Below, piece by piece: positions 51,834-61,865 of a stretch of DNA of 64,000 nucleotides (the stretch's first letter is position 1; each line of letters opens with the position of its first letter). This DNA comes from Leptospira sp. (GTDB taxonomy: Bacteria; Spirochaetota; Leptospiria; Leptospirales; Leptospiraceae). The notes below the pieces were generated by a model that was not told the origin of the DNA, did no database searches, and was given only the letters and a program-made list of their open reading frames with translations. Made by a program: the position numbers and the translations under genes. The stretch is from NCBI GenBank assembly GCA_034439575.1, contig JAWXAQ010000030.1, positions 96,001 to 160,000 of the forward strand, written 5' to 3'.

Positions 51834-54800
51834 AATAAATCCCATAGACTGGGTGATCCTTGAAATTAACTGGCAGAAAATCACCGCTTTCTCTTTCTCC
51901 ATTATTGTTCATATCATACCACTTTCCATCTGTTCCTTTGATGATCAAATTGTAATGATTGCCACCTGGACGATCTTTCCTATCTGTATCTCGATAAACT
52001 TGAACAACTTCACCAGGTTTTCGATCTGCTAAAATGTTGTTTACTTCGACTGTTGTAAATGGTCTTGATACACCAACAATCCCATTGTCAGTAAAATCAA
52101 AATTTGGGGAATTATTTCCCGTTTTCGTTCCAGTAAGATCGAGCCTACTTTCAACTCGGGTTGTATAACCGGCAAGATTATTTTGATCCATAACTGGTTT
52201 AGGTGGACTAGAACTATCTGCTCCGATATCTCCTATCCTAAACTTTGTGATCAGATATTCAGAAAAACTAGCAGACGTTTTGTTGTTTGCCACTGCAAGA
52301 GTATAATTAGCATAAACTTTACATAATTCCGCTGTTGTATTCTTTGCAATCGCGTCAGTCGATGCTGCCTTGTCGCCGAATATATAATTCTTGATAAATT
52401 CGAAGTTTTTACTCCCCGATGGATCTCCTGCAAAAGTAAAATTATCTTTTCCTTGATCCCTGATCGTGGCAAATACAAGTTCCACCATTTTTGACATCCC
52501 ACCATTCTTACTCTGATTGACAATTGTTGGGTCAAGTAACTTATTCATAGCGTTGATTCTGTCTTGTCCTTCCAGAGAAGCAAAACTCCGTCCTTCCAAC
52601 TCTGGCATATTTGCTCGAAGAAACTCGTCTGGTGTTTGATTTGCTCGTTCAATTCCATCAAGTTGAGCCTTTGTCAGACCCTCCACCGTTCTCATATTTT
52701 CTGCTGTATCAGAAAGTGTTTTTTGATACGGTTCCGCGACCTCTGGAATTCTGTCGAATTGGGCCTGTAAATTAGACGAAGAAACCGATATGGGCTCACC
52801 CAATTTGACAGAGTTCAATTTTTCTAATGGTCCATTAAAAGTCTGCGTGGTCGGATCAAAAAATTTCTGATGCAAGAAAGCATTCATCTCGGTTTTCAAT
52901 TTTCCAAAGGAAGTAACCTGAGCAGAAAGTTCATCATTTCGTGTGCGTACTTCTTTAATAATTTGTTTTTCAAGCTGCTGACTTTCAAGATTCGCTTTTT
53001 TATAGTCAACCGATTGATTCTGTAAATCCTTGATCTGTCTCACTAGAGTCATTTCCTCAGGACTTGAACCTTTAATTTGTGAAAGAATCTTCACGAAATC
53101 AGAGTCTTTACTCTTAACATCCAATCTTAAAACTTGTTCTAACAATTTTGGCTTACCATTTAAAAAACCAGATATATTGTTCTCAGACGAATTGCGATTT
53201 AATAACAATTCACTGCTATTTTGCCCACCAAGTTCAAATTTAAGTGTATCAAATGCGTTCTTTGTATCAGTAAGTTTTTGAATCAGCTTTCCTTGCTTGA
53301 CCTCGCTTGGCAATGGCTTAGATAATCTCTCAATGGCGCTCTCTACATTTGATATTTTGTCTCCAAAGTTTGTTTCAAATTCTACCCTATATGCTAATGG
53401 CATAGACTCAGAAATTTTTGAAAATGTATCATGAATTTTTTCTGATGGAGTTTTATTAGGAGTCCCCAATTCCGACGAGCCAAAATACTGAATACCAAGT
53501 GTTGATCTGATGAAACCCCCACCCGAATTGTCTGTCACATAAACCACATTAGGCTCTCCTCCGAGACCAGATGTCTGCCTTACATTATCAAAAATAGCCA
53601 TATCGCTTGCGTTAGGTGTGCGTATACTTGTTTCACCTGTGATTTCATTTAAAACGACTGTTTGCAATCGACCATTTTCATCTTGTCGAATTGCTTTCAA
53701 TGAACCATCTGCTTCACGACCATAAATTATACCTGAATCAGGATCTACCCAGTATCCATCTCGATCGATACCTTCATACATTTTTCGTCTTCGTGTTTCA
53801 ATCGCATCAACAGCTACGTTATTATTTGTTGTATTGTTAGGCGCCGCATTCCCAGCCCCTCTTCCTAGTCCAACGAACGCTAACAAGGCGGCACTTGTCG
53901 TGCCTAAGATTCCCATAGTTGCATCAGCAATCCCATCAGCACTGATCATGCCATCTATATGGTTAAGTGCCAAGCTTCTATCATATTCTGACATTCTATT
54001 GATTTGGTCAGATGTATACTGTCCGCTTTCCACTATTCGATTAGTATCTATGATACGAATGGCATTCTCTCTTGCTATGGGATCCATTCCACGAATTTGG
54101 TCTTCCGTATAATATGATCTAAGTTTAATATCTGCAGCTCTCGCTCTCTCGGCATCCCCCGTCATATCTTGCGCCAAATTGATATTTTGCTCAGCCCAAT
54201 TCATCTCATCATACTGGAAGCCATCTTCTGTCATTGTCGCTAAATTTACACCATGTAACTGTAGTGAGTTCGACAATCCGTTAGTGTCAATGGTAGCATT
54301 ATAGCCAAGTCCCGTAGCACTATCTGTATAGCCTACTGTTCCGGATACTTGCCCTCTATTTGTATCATAGTTCGCTCCAAAATTCCAACCTCGTCTTGGT
54401 CCTTCATTACTTGGATTATAGTTTACCCCTACTGTAGTTGAACCGTTAGTCGTTGAAGAGCCTGTTACTTGAACTCCTTCTATTGACGTATTATAAGACG
54501 CGTTAATGGTTGTATTTCCCCTCTGAGAAAAGGATATACTCGCATTAGTCATATCACCACCGATTCCGATCATACCGCCCCAACCAGCTCGCCTATCGTA
54601 GGTAACTCCAAGACCAAGTGTCGTACCGGATAATATACCGGTTCCGCTGCTGAATGTAAAGTTCCCATTAGCAGTCATCGCTCCTAAAAATCCGTTTGCA
54701 AAGCCTGCAAGCATGCCTTGCGTTCCATTCCGACTACCATCTATCGTCTGTACGGCTCCGTTTAGAATCGCGGCCGTTAATCTAGCACTGCCAGATACAG

Positions 54801-57800
54801 CGTTCATTGTTCCTTGCAATGCAGGGCCAAATGCACCTGCCGCTCCTAATGTTACAGCTGTTGTAACGGTAGTGATCGCAGTTGACCGAACAGCTTCTGC
54901 TCTTGCTTTTTTATCAGCACGACTTTGTTCATAACGACTTACGGTATTCCTTAGAGATGCATTTAATATTTCTTTTTCATCGTCTGTCATACCGACTGAC
55001 AGTGCCTCAACGGCCATCCTTTGACCAAGTTCCTTAGTAAAACCTTTCTTGTCTTTAATGGATGGTGTAGAACTCGTATAACTAGTACCAGGTGCTTTCA
55101 TACCAGATGCTTGATTCATAAAAGCATTTCCTTGTGCCTCGAGTGTACTATCACGAGTAGTTGAGAAAAGAACGCGTGTGGAATCACTAATCATCTCTTG
55201 AATGTCCCTTTCAGGCACTCCAACTGCGACCATTGCTGTTTTCACAATACCTCCTCCTATTCCCATGACTTGAGACATTATATTCATAACCGGATTAGCA
55301 TTGATCGCTTGGCGTGTTTTTTTGGCTTTTTTTGCTCCATAATAATCAGCGATTGCATTTCCTACGACTTCGAGCGGAAGGCCGGTAGATGTTGCTACTG
55401 CTTGTGTTCCAATGGACTGTATGATTGATTGTTCATTCGCCTTAATCGCTGCTAGTTTGTCTTTAGATCGTGTACTGGCATTAATAGTTGCCTCGTATTT
55501 CTTCTCTCCGACCGCTGATTTGTACATTACTGAAGCCATAATACCTCCAGAAGAAAACATTTGTGTAAAGGCGATAGCTGGCGTTAGGATAGCACTGCCA
55601 ATATCCGCCTTCTTAATCTTCCTTTCTTGCACCTTACCTTTCATAAAACTTAGAGCTTGTGCAAGCTGTCCTATCTGGCTTTCATCGGCACCTGTAGCTC
55701 GTGCAAACGCTGTGGCGATATCCATATTGATCTTATCTTCTATCTTGCCTTTGATTGCACCCTTAACTCCCGCCATACCACCGCTAATGTAGGCAATAAT
55801 GAGATCCTTCACAAGTGAATCGTGATTTTCTTGTTCTGTTTTGGCCTTTTGGAATTTCCTTTCGTTAGCGGATTCTACAGAACGAATATCGGCCACAAGA
55901 CTTCCGACGATAGAATTGTCTTTGGCCAATTGTTTAGTATAAAAATTGTTCATCACGGCATTTGCTTGGGCACTAAAATCTTTCCAATCTGCTTGTTCCC
56001 ACACATCGAATAAATCTTTGCCAGTAGGCATAGTAACGGGCGCGACATTGGAAAGTGCTATCGTTCTAGTTTCCGATTGTCGACCACTTAAATATTTTCC
56101 AGAGGCATCTCTACCTTCAATGCGCCCATTGCTAATAACTTTAGTAAGTGTCGCAACTTTGGTTGCTGTATTAAATTTTACTTCGAAATCTTCTCGTAAT
56201 AATCTCCCCCCACCCTCGACACTTACACAATTATGTGGGTTCGCATAACAAGATCCAACTCTTTCTTTTTGTTCCTTGGTGAGTAATTTCTTATCTGCTT
56301 CGGAAAGAATATCTAATTTAATTCTATCTTCTAGATCACCATAGGATCTAACAATCATCCCATCCTGGTATTCATATCCGTCTTTTTTTAACTCATTCAG
56401 AGTCCAGCCATGAACTAAACCAAAGCAGTTAGCATCTTTGCCATGTTCTACTTTACAGGCTGCCATTTGTTTTTCATATCCCTTGGTATCTGTCAGAAGT
56501 TTCAAAGCATGATTCACTTTGGCATCACCCACAAAGTTCCCATTCTCATCAAATCGTCCCACCGCCCGATCTTCCCAGCGGATTCCAAAAGCTTGTCGAT
56601 TTAGCATTGTCCTCTGTTCGGCGATCGCATTCTCTTCGTTTTTAGAATTTACGGATAACAATTGTGAATATTGATAAACACCATTTACGGTTGTTTGCAA
56701 AATTTGAGTTATATCTTTATTACCTATATTGAGGGAAGTATTTACTGTGATTTGCGATTCTGCATTGAAAAGATTCACACCATTCACTGTTTCTGAAATC
56801 AGAGATGTTAGATTTGCAGAAAAAGATGAGGTCACACTCGCTATATCCGTATTAGTTGGAGTAGAATCCTGATATGCTGATTTTAATTTAATCTGTGCTA
56901 TATTTTGGAATTGGTTTGCATCTCTGGTACTGCGAACAGAGACAGATTGTCTCTCTAGGTTATCCCATTCGCTCTGTCCTTGGATAAACTCATCTTGGAT
57001 TTTTGATAGCCATCGCTGTTTTCTCTCATCCAATGCGGCAAGAGCCGTTTCCCTTTCCTGTGTCGCCTGCGTGCGTGTTAAATCAGCTTTAACCTTCCAT
57101 GCTGTATAAAAGTCATTATAATCTTTTACTTGTGATTCCCAAGCTGTCGCCGCTGGGATAAGGTTCATTTCATAATTATTTATCTGATTATTTAGAGAAT
57201 TTTTGATTCCATTCCAATAAGTGGTATGAGCATCTTTATTGGCATCATATACTTCGTAAGCTAGGGCAAAGGTCACATGATCCATTTGGAATGCTGTTGC
57301 AGTAGGACCTCGCAACAAAAAATAGGTCCGATAATCGAATCCATTTTGCCTATCCATATTCATATTACCTTGCTTAACCGCATTGTTATCACATGGCAAT
57401 GGGACTATACATTCCGATCCACCTTTGGCGATACCAGTCCAACCTAAATTATCTCCCACCGCATGTTTATTCGCAAAGGCAGTATCTCGGGTATAAATAT
57501 TATAATATACATTTGTTCCTGTGCGAATCGACTGATCGGAACTTAAATAACGCTGTAATAAAGCTTGTATACCTGCTTGGTTGCCAGTATGCATATAGTG
57601 AAGTAGTTCGATATGATCTCCTACTCCTAATGAATAATTAAAAGGATTATTGTTAAAATCCGCAGCTAGACCCCATGCAAATTCACTAGATATATTTTTC
57701 CAATGTTCATATCCTGCATGATTGATAGTCCCTATCATATTTAAAAGTGAGGAAGGAGCAATGCTTGTCCTATCATTAAATTTATTATAAACTTGATATA

Positions 57801-58797
57801 TTTGAGATTGATAACTCGTATAATTTGAATTTGCTGTCAATCGCTGACTCGTTAAATAAGTATTCAAATTTGTAGCAAGGGTACTTATTGAAAACGATGG
57901 TGAGATCGTAGTTGAATCCACTTCTGTTCTAATTGCATTCACCAATGCTTGTAAGGTGGCCCCTGCTGTATTGATCACACCATTATTATCACGATAGGCA
58001 CATCCGTCTGCCACCGAACATGCTGCGTTCAATTCTACTTGGAAGCCATCAATCATATCTTTAATCGCTCTTTTAACTTCCTTTTTATACTTGTCTATTT
58101 CCGTTAATTGGCTTTGGAAGTTAGTATCCGATCCATCAAGAGAGTTAATCACCTCCGCATAATTTCTTTCAATTTGATCTGCGGCTTGCGTAAAATCATA
58201 ATTCCCCTGAACATAGCGATCGCTATACACAGACTCCCATTCCGATCTCGCTTCCAACATTTGATTTTGCAAGGCAGCTTGATTAACAGTTTCATTAGTC
58301 ACATTTCCTAACAGAGAACTTTGCACGATTAGGCGATCAAAATATACTTCATTCACGCGACCAGTATTCAGCCTTGCTATAAACTCACTTTTGTTTTGTA
58401 ATAAATCTAAATTTGCATTCTGTTCCCAAACATTCAAAGCATCTTCTTTTTGTGAAAATAATGATCTCTCCACGTAATCTTTGTATGCCGCCACATCGTT
58501 AATTGCATCGCTACTAGTAATAGAATCTACATAGTCATAGATTGCATCGTCTACCGATGCTTCCCAGGCTCCTCGAATCAATCCTTGATAGTAAGTTATC
58601 TGCTCAGACCAGGTGGTTAAGGAATTCAAAAAATAACTGTGTCCATAAACTTCGCTCATTAGGTTGGGATCATATTGGCTTATATTCAAATTTAGAACTG
58701 TTGCTTGTGAAAAAATAGATTGGATAAAGAAAAAGACAATGATTACAATCGAAACGATAAAATTTTTTCTGCCAACAAACGATAATTTATCTTTCAA
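51823..58797 (-). CDS. Giant (2324 aa) TIGR04388-like Leptospira protein, putative polymorphic toxin
   Basis: Signal peptide with GAGG RBS; N-terminus ('...DAINDVAAYKDYVERSLFSQKEDALNVWEQ...') resembles the TIGR04388 family from memory; coiled coils, Gly/Ala hydrophobic helices, beta-rich segment, C-terminal 'ELCKVYANY...NHYNLI...WYDMN'. Confidence 0.75.
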   Translation of the reverse strand: MKDKLSFVGRKNFIVSIVIIVFFFIQSIFSQATVLNLNISQYDPNLMSEVYGHSYFLNSLTTWSEQITYYQGLIRGAWEASVDDAIYDYVDSITSSDAINDVAAYKDYVERSLFSQKEDALNVWEQNANLDLLQNKSEFIARLNTGRVNEVYFDRLIVQSSLLGNVTNETVNQAALQNQMLEARSEWESVYSDRYVQGNYDFTQAADQIERNYAEVINSLDGSDTNFQSQLTEIDKYKKEVKRAIKDMIDGFQVELNAACSVADGCAYRDNNGVINTAGATLQALVNAIRTEVDSTTISPSFSISTLATNLNTYLTSQRLTANSNYTSYQSQIYQVYNKFNDRTSIAPSSLLNMIGTINHAGYEHWKNISSEFAWGLAADFNNNPFNYSLGVGDHIELLHYMHTGNQAGIQALLQRYLSSDQSIRTGTNVYYNIYTRDTAFANKHAVGDNLGWTGIAKGGSECIVPLPCDNNAVKQGNMNMDRQNGFDYRTYFLLRGPTATAFQMDHVTFALAYEVYDANKDAHTTYWNGIKNSLNNQINNYEMNLIPAATAWESQVKDYNDFYTAWKVKADLTRTQATQERETALAALDERKQRWLSKIQDEFIQGQSEWDNLERQSVSVRSTRDANQFQNIAQIKLKSAYQDSTPTNTDIASVTSSFSANLTSLISETVNGVNLFNAESQITVNTSLNIGNKDITQILQTTVNGVYQYSQLLSVNSKNEENAIAEQRTMLNRQAFGIRWEDRAVGRFDENGNFVGDAKVNHALKLLTDTKGYEKQMAACKVEHGKDANCFGLVHGWTLNELKKDGYEYQDGMIVRSYGDLEDRIKLDILSEADKKLLTKEQKERVGSCYANPHNCVSVEGGGRLLREDFEVKFNTATKVATLTKVISNGRIEGRDASGKYLSGRQSETRTIALSNVAPVTMPTGKDLFDVWEQADWKDFSAQANAVMNNFYTKQLAKDNSIVGSLVADIRSVESANERKFQKAKTEQENHDSLVKDLIIAYISGGMAGVKGAIKGKIEDKINMDIATAFARATGADESQIGQLAQALSFMKGKVQERKIKKADIGSAILTPAIAFTQMFSSGGIMASVMYKSAVGEKKYEATINASTRSKDKLAAIKANEQSIIQSIGTQAVATSTGLPLEVVGNAIADYYGAKKAKKTRQAINANPVMNIMSQVMGIGGGIVKTAMVAVGVPERDIQEMISDSTRVLFSTTRDSTLEAQGNAFMNQASGMKAPGTSYTSSTPSIKDKKGFTKELGQRMAVEALSVGMTDDEKEILNASLRNTVSRYEQSRADKKARAEAVRSTAITTVTTAVTLGAAGAFGPALQGTMNAVSGSARLTAAILNGAVQTIDGSRNGTQGMLAGFANGFLGAMTANGNFTFSSGTGILSGTTLGLGVTYDRRAGWGGMIGIGGDMTNASISFSQRGNTTINASYNTSIEGVQVTGSSTTNGSTTVGVNYNPSNEGPRRGWNFGANYDTNRGQVSGTVGYTDSATGLGYNATIDTNGLSNSLQLHGVNLATMTEDGFQYDEMNWAEQNINLAQDMTGDAERARAADIKLRSYYTEDQIRGMDPIARENAIRIIDTNRIVESGQYTSDQINRMSEYDRSLALNHIDGMISADGIADATMGILGTTSAALLAFVGLGRGAGNAAPNNTTNNNVAVDAIETRRRKMYEGIDRDGYWVDPDSGIIYGREADGSLKAIRQDENGRLQTVVLNEITGETSIRTPNASDMAIFDNVRQTSGLGGEPNVVYVTDNSGGGFIRSTLGIQYFGSSELGTPNKTPSEKIHDTFSKISESMPLAYRVEFETNFGDKISNVESAIERLSKPLPSEVKQGKLIQKLTDTKNAFDTLKFELGGQNSSELLLNRNSSENNISGFLNGKPKLLEQVLRLDVKSKDSDFVKILSQIKGSSPEEMTLVRQIKDLQNQSVDYKKANLESQQLEKQIIKEVRTRNDELSAQVTSFGKLKTEMNAFLHQKFFDPTTQTFNGPLEKLNSVKLGEPISVSSSNLQAQFDRIPEVAEPYQKTLSDTAENMRTVEGLTKAQLDGIERANQTPDEFLRANMPELEGRSFASLEGQDRINAMNKLLDPTIVNQSKNGGMSKMVELVFATIRDQGKDNFTFAGDPSGSKNFEFIKNYIFGDKAASTDAIAKNTTAELCKVYANYTLAVANNKTSASFSEYLITKFRIGDIGADSSSPPKPVMDQNNLAGYTTRVESRLDLTGTKTGNNSPNFDFTDNGIVGVSRPFTTVEVNNILADRKPGEVVQVYRDTDRKDRPGGNHYNLIIKGTDGKWYDMNNNGERESGDFLPVNFKDHPVYGIYYDK

Positions 58798-58946
58798 TAT
58801 ACGTTACCTCTCTTTCCAATGAAACAAAAAATATCTTTATATATTCATTATATATAATTTACTTATTAACATTTCTTGGATTGAAAGGTGATAAAATTTG
58901 GATTTTGGGCCTGAACTTTTCTTTTTTTAGAAAATTTTCTTTATTT

Positions 58947-61865
58947 TTAAAAAAAGGTTCTAATTTTAAAAAAATAAACTTCAAAATAACTATGTATTTT
59001 TATATTAAATTTTGCCTCCCAATCTCTAATGATAAAGACAGTGAAAATATATAGAATAAATTGCATGCTGATCATTAAAATTAGGTAAAAAAAACTAATA
59101 ACCGCTTGAGGTAACATTAGGATGAATAATAACAATAGACATTCGAAAATGAAAGTCATTCTATTTATATGTGCAAGCGGACGTTCACCGAACCATAACA
59201 ATATTGGTTGGGATAATAGAATTCCAATCTGAAAAGATATATTTAAGCTAGTAGAAAAGAAAAATTGTAAAAGAAAAAAGGAAATAATATATGGAATAAA
59301 AAAATGAAATACCCAATGAATAGGTTCAATACTATTTTTATATATTAAAAATATTGTAAAAAACAAAAGCGAAGGATAAATCAAAAAAAATATTTTCTTT
59401 GAATAAAATTCGTTAGTTGATGCATTATCCGCCGATTCGATTCGATAACCTTCAGGTATTGAAATTTTTTTTACATAACCAATTAATTCATCTTTATCCG
59501 ATTGTCGATTTCCTTCTAATTTTACAGTAAAACTCAAATTACGCTGTCTATTTTTATGGTAATACTTTAATGGAATATTTTTTTCCTGAACTTTAACAAT
59601 TTCAGATATCGGTATAAATTCTCCTTTTTTATTTTTAATTCGTATAGATTTGAAATCACTTTTTGTATTTCTAAATTTTTCCATAAAACGTACTCGAATA
59701 TCTATTTCTTTTTCTGAACTAATGTATTTAGATATTACCCCACCTTGCAAAGCCAGACGGAGCTCATCACCAAATGTTTGTATATTTAAATCTGACGCAT
59801 GCAAGGCTTCGAAACTTGGAAAAAGTTGTAATTCTGTTCTAGCTTGTTTGTATCTCAAAACGACTTCATTCACATTCTCTAAATATTTTAATTTTTCTGA
59901 AATATTTTGGGTTAAGGATTCTAATTCTTTTTGATCATATCCAATCACATCAAAAGTTACTTCGGAAAAACTATTCGAATTTTCTTCGATTGCAAAAAAA
60001 AGAAAACCATCTGCAGTAGATCCAATTTTTTGCTTCAAACCAATTATTAATTCTGAATCAGGCAAATATCCGTCACTTAATGTTATTATTAAAAGTGCAT
60101 GCCCCGGTTCAATTTTTGAAATAACTTGTGCGACTTCTTCAAATTCCTTTAACTTTTTTTCAACTTGCAATGATACTTCATCCGTATGGGAATAAGATGT
60201 CCCAGAAGGAAATTCTAAAAAAGCCACCAATTCATTGTTATCTGAATTTAATGAATTCAAAAACTCGAGTTTAGTAATTGAAAATAATCCCAAAAGTATT
60301 AAAAATATTAAGCTCAAAGGAAATAACTTTTGATTTGAAAGTAATGGAACTGTGATTTTTTCTCTAAATTTAAATAGCCAAGCATTTAAAAATTTATATA
60401 TTTTTTTATTTAGGAATATTAACTTTTTCGATTTTTTAATATCTTTTATAAATTTAAAAATTAAAATGTAAGAACTTATAGCATAATAATCTAACAGAAT
60501 GAACGCACATATACCATATAATAAAAAACTAAAATAAAATCTAAACAATTCCCTGGAAATGAAGGCAGAAAATCCCAAAGAAAAAATTAAATAAATACAA
60601 AATTTTCCGATTTTACGGAAAGAATTAAATTGAATGGAGTTCGTATTAAATTTGAGATCTATAGAACGAAAATTATACCAAAACAAAGATCCTAATACAA
60701 TTCCGTAACAATTGGCTAGATTACATTTACCACCGAACAAATATGTGATGAATATGATTGCATAAAATGTAAAAGGAATTGAAATAAAAAACAAAATAAA
60801 GAAAATTTGATTTTGTTTATAATATAAAACAAAAATCATCAAAATAGATATAAGTATGATTACACTAAGACCAAAATATGTATTTGAAATTATTAACGAA
60901 TCATCTTGGTTATAATCGACATCAAGGCCGATATCATTTTGAACTGAGGTAATCTTTTTGATTTGATTCGCTATATAAAGTGGATCGCCAGATTCATTTT
61001 TATATAAAAATATTGAAACTTTTTCGGTAGCATTTAATCTTGCACCAACAAAATCATCTCTCGGAGAATACCCCACAGTAGCAATGTCTTTTAGATAAAC
61101 ATATTTTCCTTTTTGATCTACACTTAACGGAAGTTCATTCAATTCCAATATCTGATTTATTTTTTCACGAAGTGTTAATGAAATTAATTCTATGTTAGTA
61201 GATATTTTTCCTAATGATATGCTTGTATTCTTATCTTGAATTTTATTTACAATATCTCGCAAACTAAATTGGTAAGACTCAATCTGATGAGCATCACATG
61301 AAATCAATATTTCTCGAATTTTTCCACCCGCCACTATCACCAGGCTTAGTCCATCTATTGATTCATAAGCTCTCTTAAGTTTTTTCTCTACAATTTCTCT
61401 CAATTCATCTTGAGTTAAGTTCTCTTTTGAAAATGAAATGACCATCAAAGGGGAATTAGTCGGATCATGTCGAAATACTTGAGGCTTATGTACTTCTTTC
61501 GAAAAATTAGAATTAATTAAATCAAGTTTTTCTCGAAATTCCAAAGATTTCAATTTTAAATCAACATTTTCATCCATCTGAATTTGCAAAAGGGAACTAC
61601 CATCTTCAGAAACGGATGTTATTTTATGAACTCCTCCTACTTGTGATATAACTCTTTCTATAGGAGATGTGATATCACTTTCAATTTTTGAAGCATCAAA
61701 GCCATTTGCTTCCGTACGAATGGCAATACCCGGATAAACCTTTTTATCTTCTCGTTTAAAAGTAATTTTCTGGAATGATAAAATACCCAACAGAACCAAA
61801 AATAATCCAAACATTAGCATTAAAGTTGGATTTATTTTTTGAATCTTAAGAAATAAATTAACCAT
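58947..61865 (-). CDS. AcrB/CusA-family RND permease, highly divergent in its TM regions
   Basis: 'IESDITSPIER', 'SVSEDGSSL', 'GGKIREI', 'LKDIATV', 'FPSGTS', 'IPISEIV'; very AT-rich, with eroded TM segments. Confidence 0.8.
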   Translation of the reverse strand: MVNLFLKIQKINPTLMLMFGLFLVLLGILSFQKITFKREDKKVYPGIAIRTEANGFDASKIESDITSPIERVISQVGGVHKITSVSEDGSSLLQIQMDENVDLKLKSLEFREKLDLINSNFSKEVHKPQVFRHDPTNSPLMVISFSKENLTQDELREIVEKKLKRAYESIDGLSLVIVAGGKIREILISCDAHQIESYQFSLRDIVNKIQDKNTSISLGKISTNIELISLTLREKINQILELNELPLSVDQKGKYVYLKDIATVGYSPRDDFVGARLNATEKVSIFLYKNESGDPLYIANQIKKITSVQNDIGLDVDYNQDDSLIISNTYFGLSVIILISILMIFVLYYKQNQIFFILFFISIPFTFYAIIFITYLFGGKCNLANCYGIVLGSLFWYNFRSIDLKFNTNSIQFNSFRKIGKFCIYLIFSLGFSAFISRELFRFYFSFLLYGICAFILLDYYAISSYILIFKFIKDIKKSKKLIFLNKKIYKFLNAWLFKFREKITVPLLSNQKLFPLSLIFLILLGLFSITKLEFLNSLNSDNNELVAFLEFPSGTSYSHTDEVSLQVEKKLKEFEEVAQVISKIEPGHALLIITLSDGYLPDSELIIGLKQKIGSTADGFLFFAIEENSNSFSEVTFDVIGYDQKELESLTQNISEKLKYLENVNEVVLRYKQARTELQLFPSFEALHASDLNIQTFGDELRLALQGGVISKYISSEKEIDIRVRFMEKFRNTKSDFKSIRIKNKKGEFIPISEIVKVQEKNIPLKYYHKNRQRNLSFTVKLEGNRQSDKDELIGYVKKISIPEGYRIESADNASTNEFYSKKIFFLIYPSLLFFTIFLIYKNSIEPIHWVFHFFIPYIISFFLLQFFFSTSLNISFQIGILLSQPILLWFGERPLAHINRMTFIFECLLLLFILMLPQAVISFFYLILMISMQFILYIFTVFIIRDWEAKFNIKIHSYFEVYFFKIRTFF

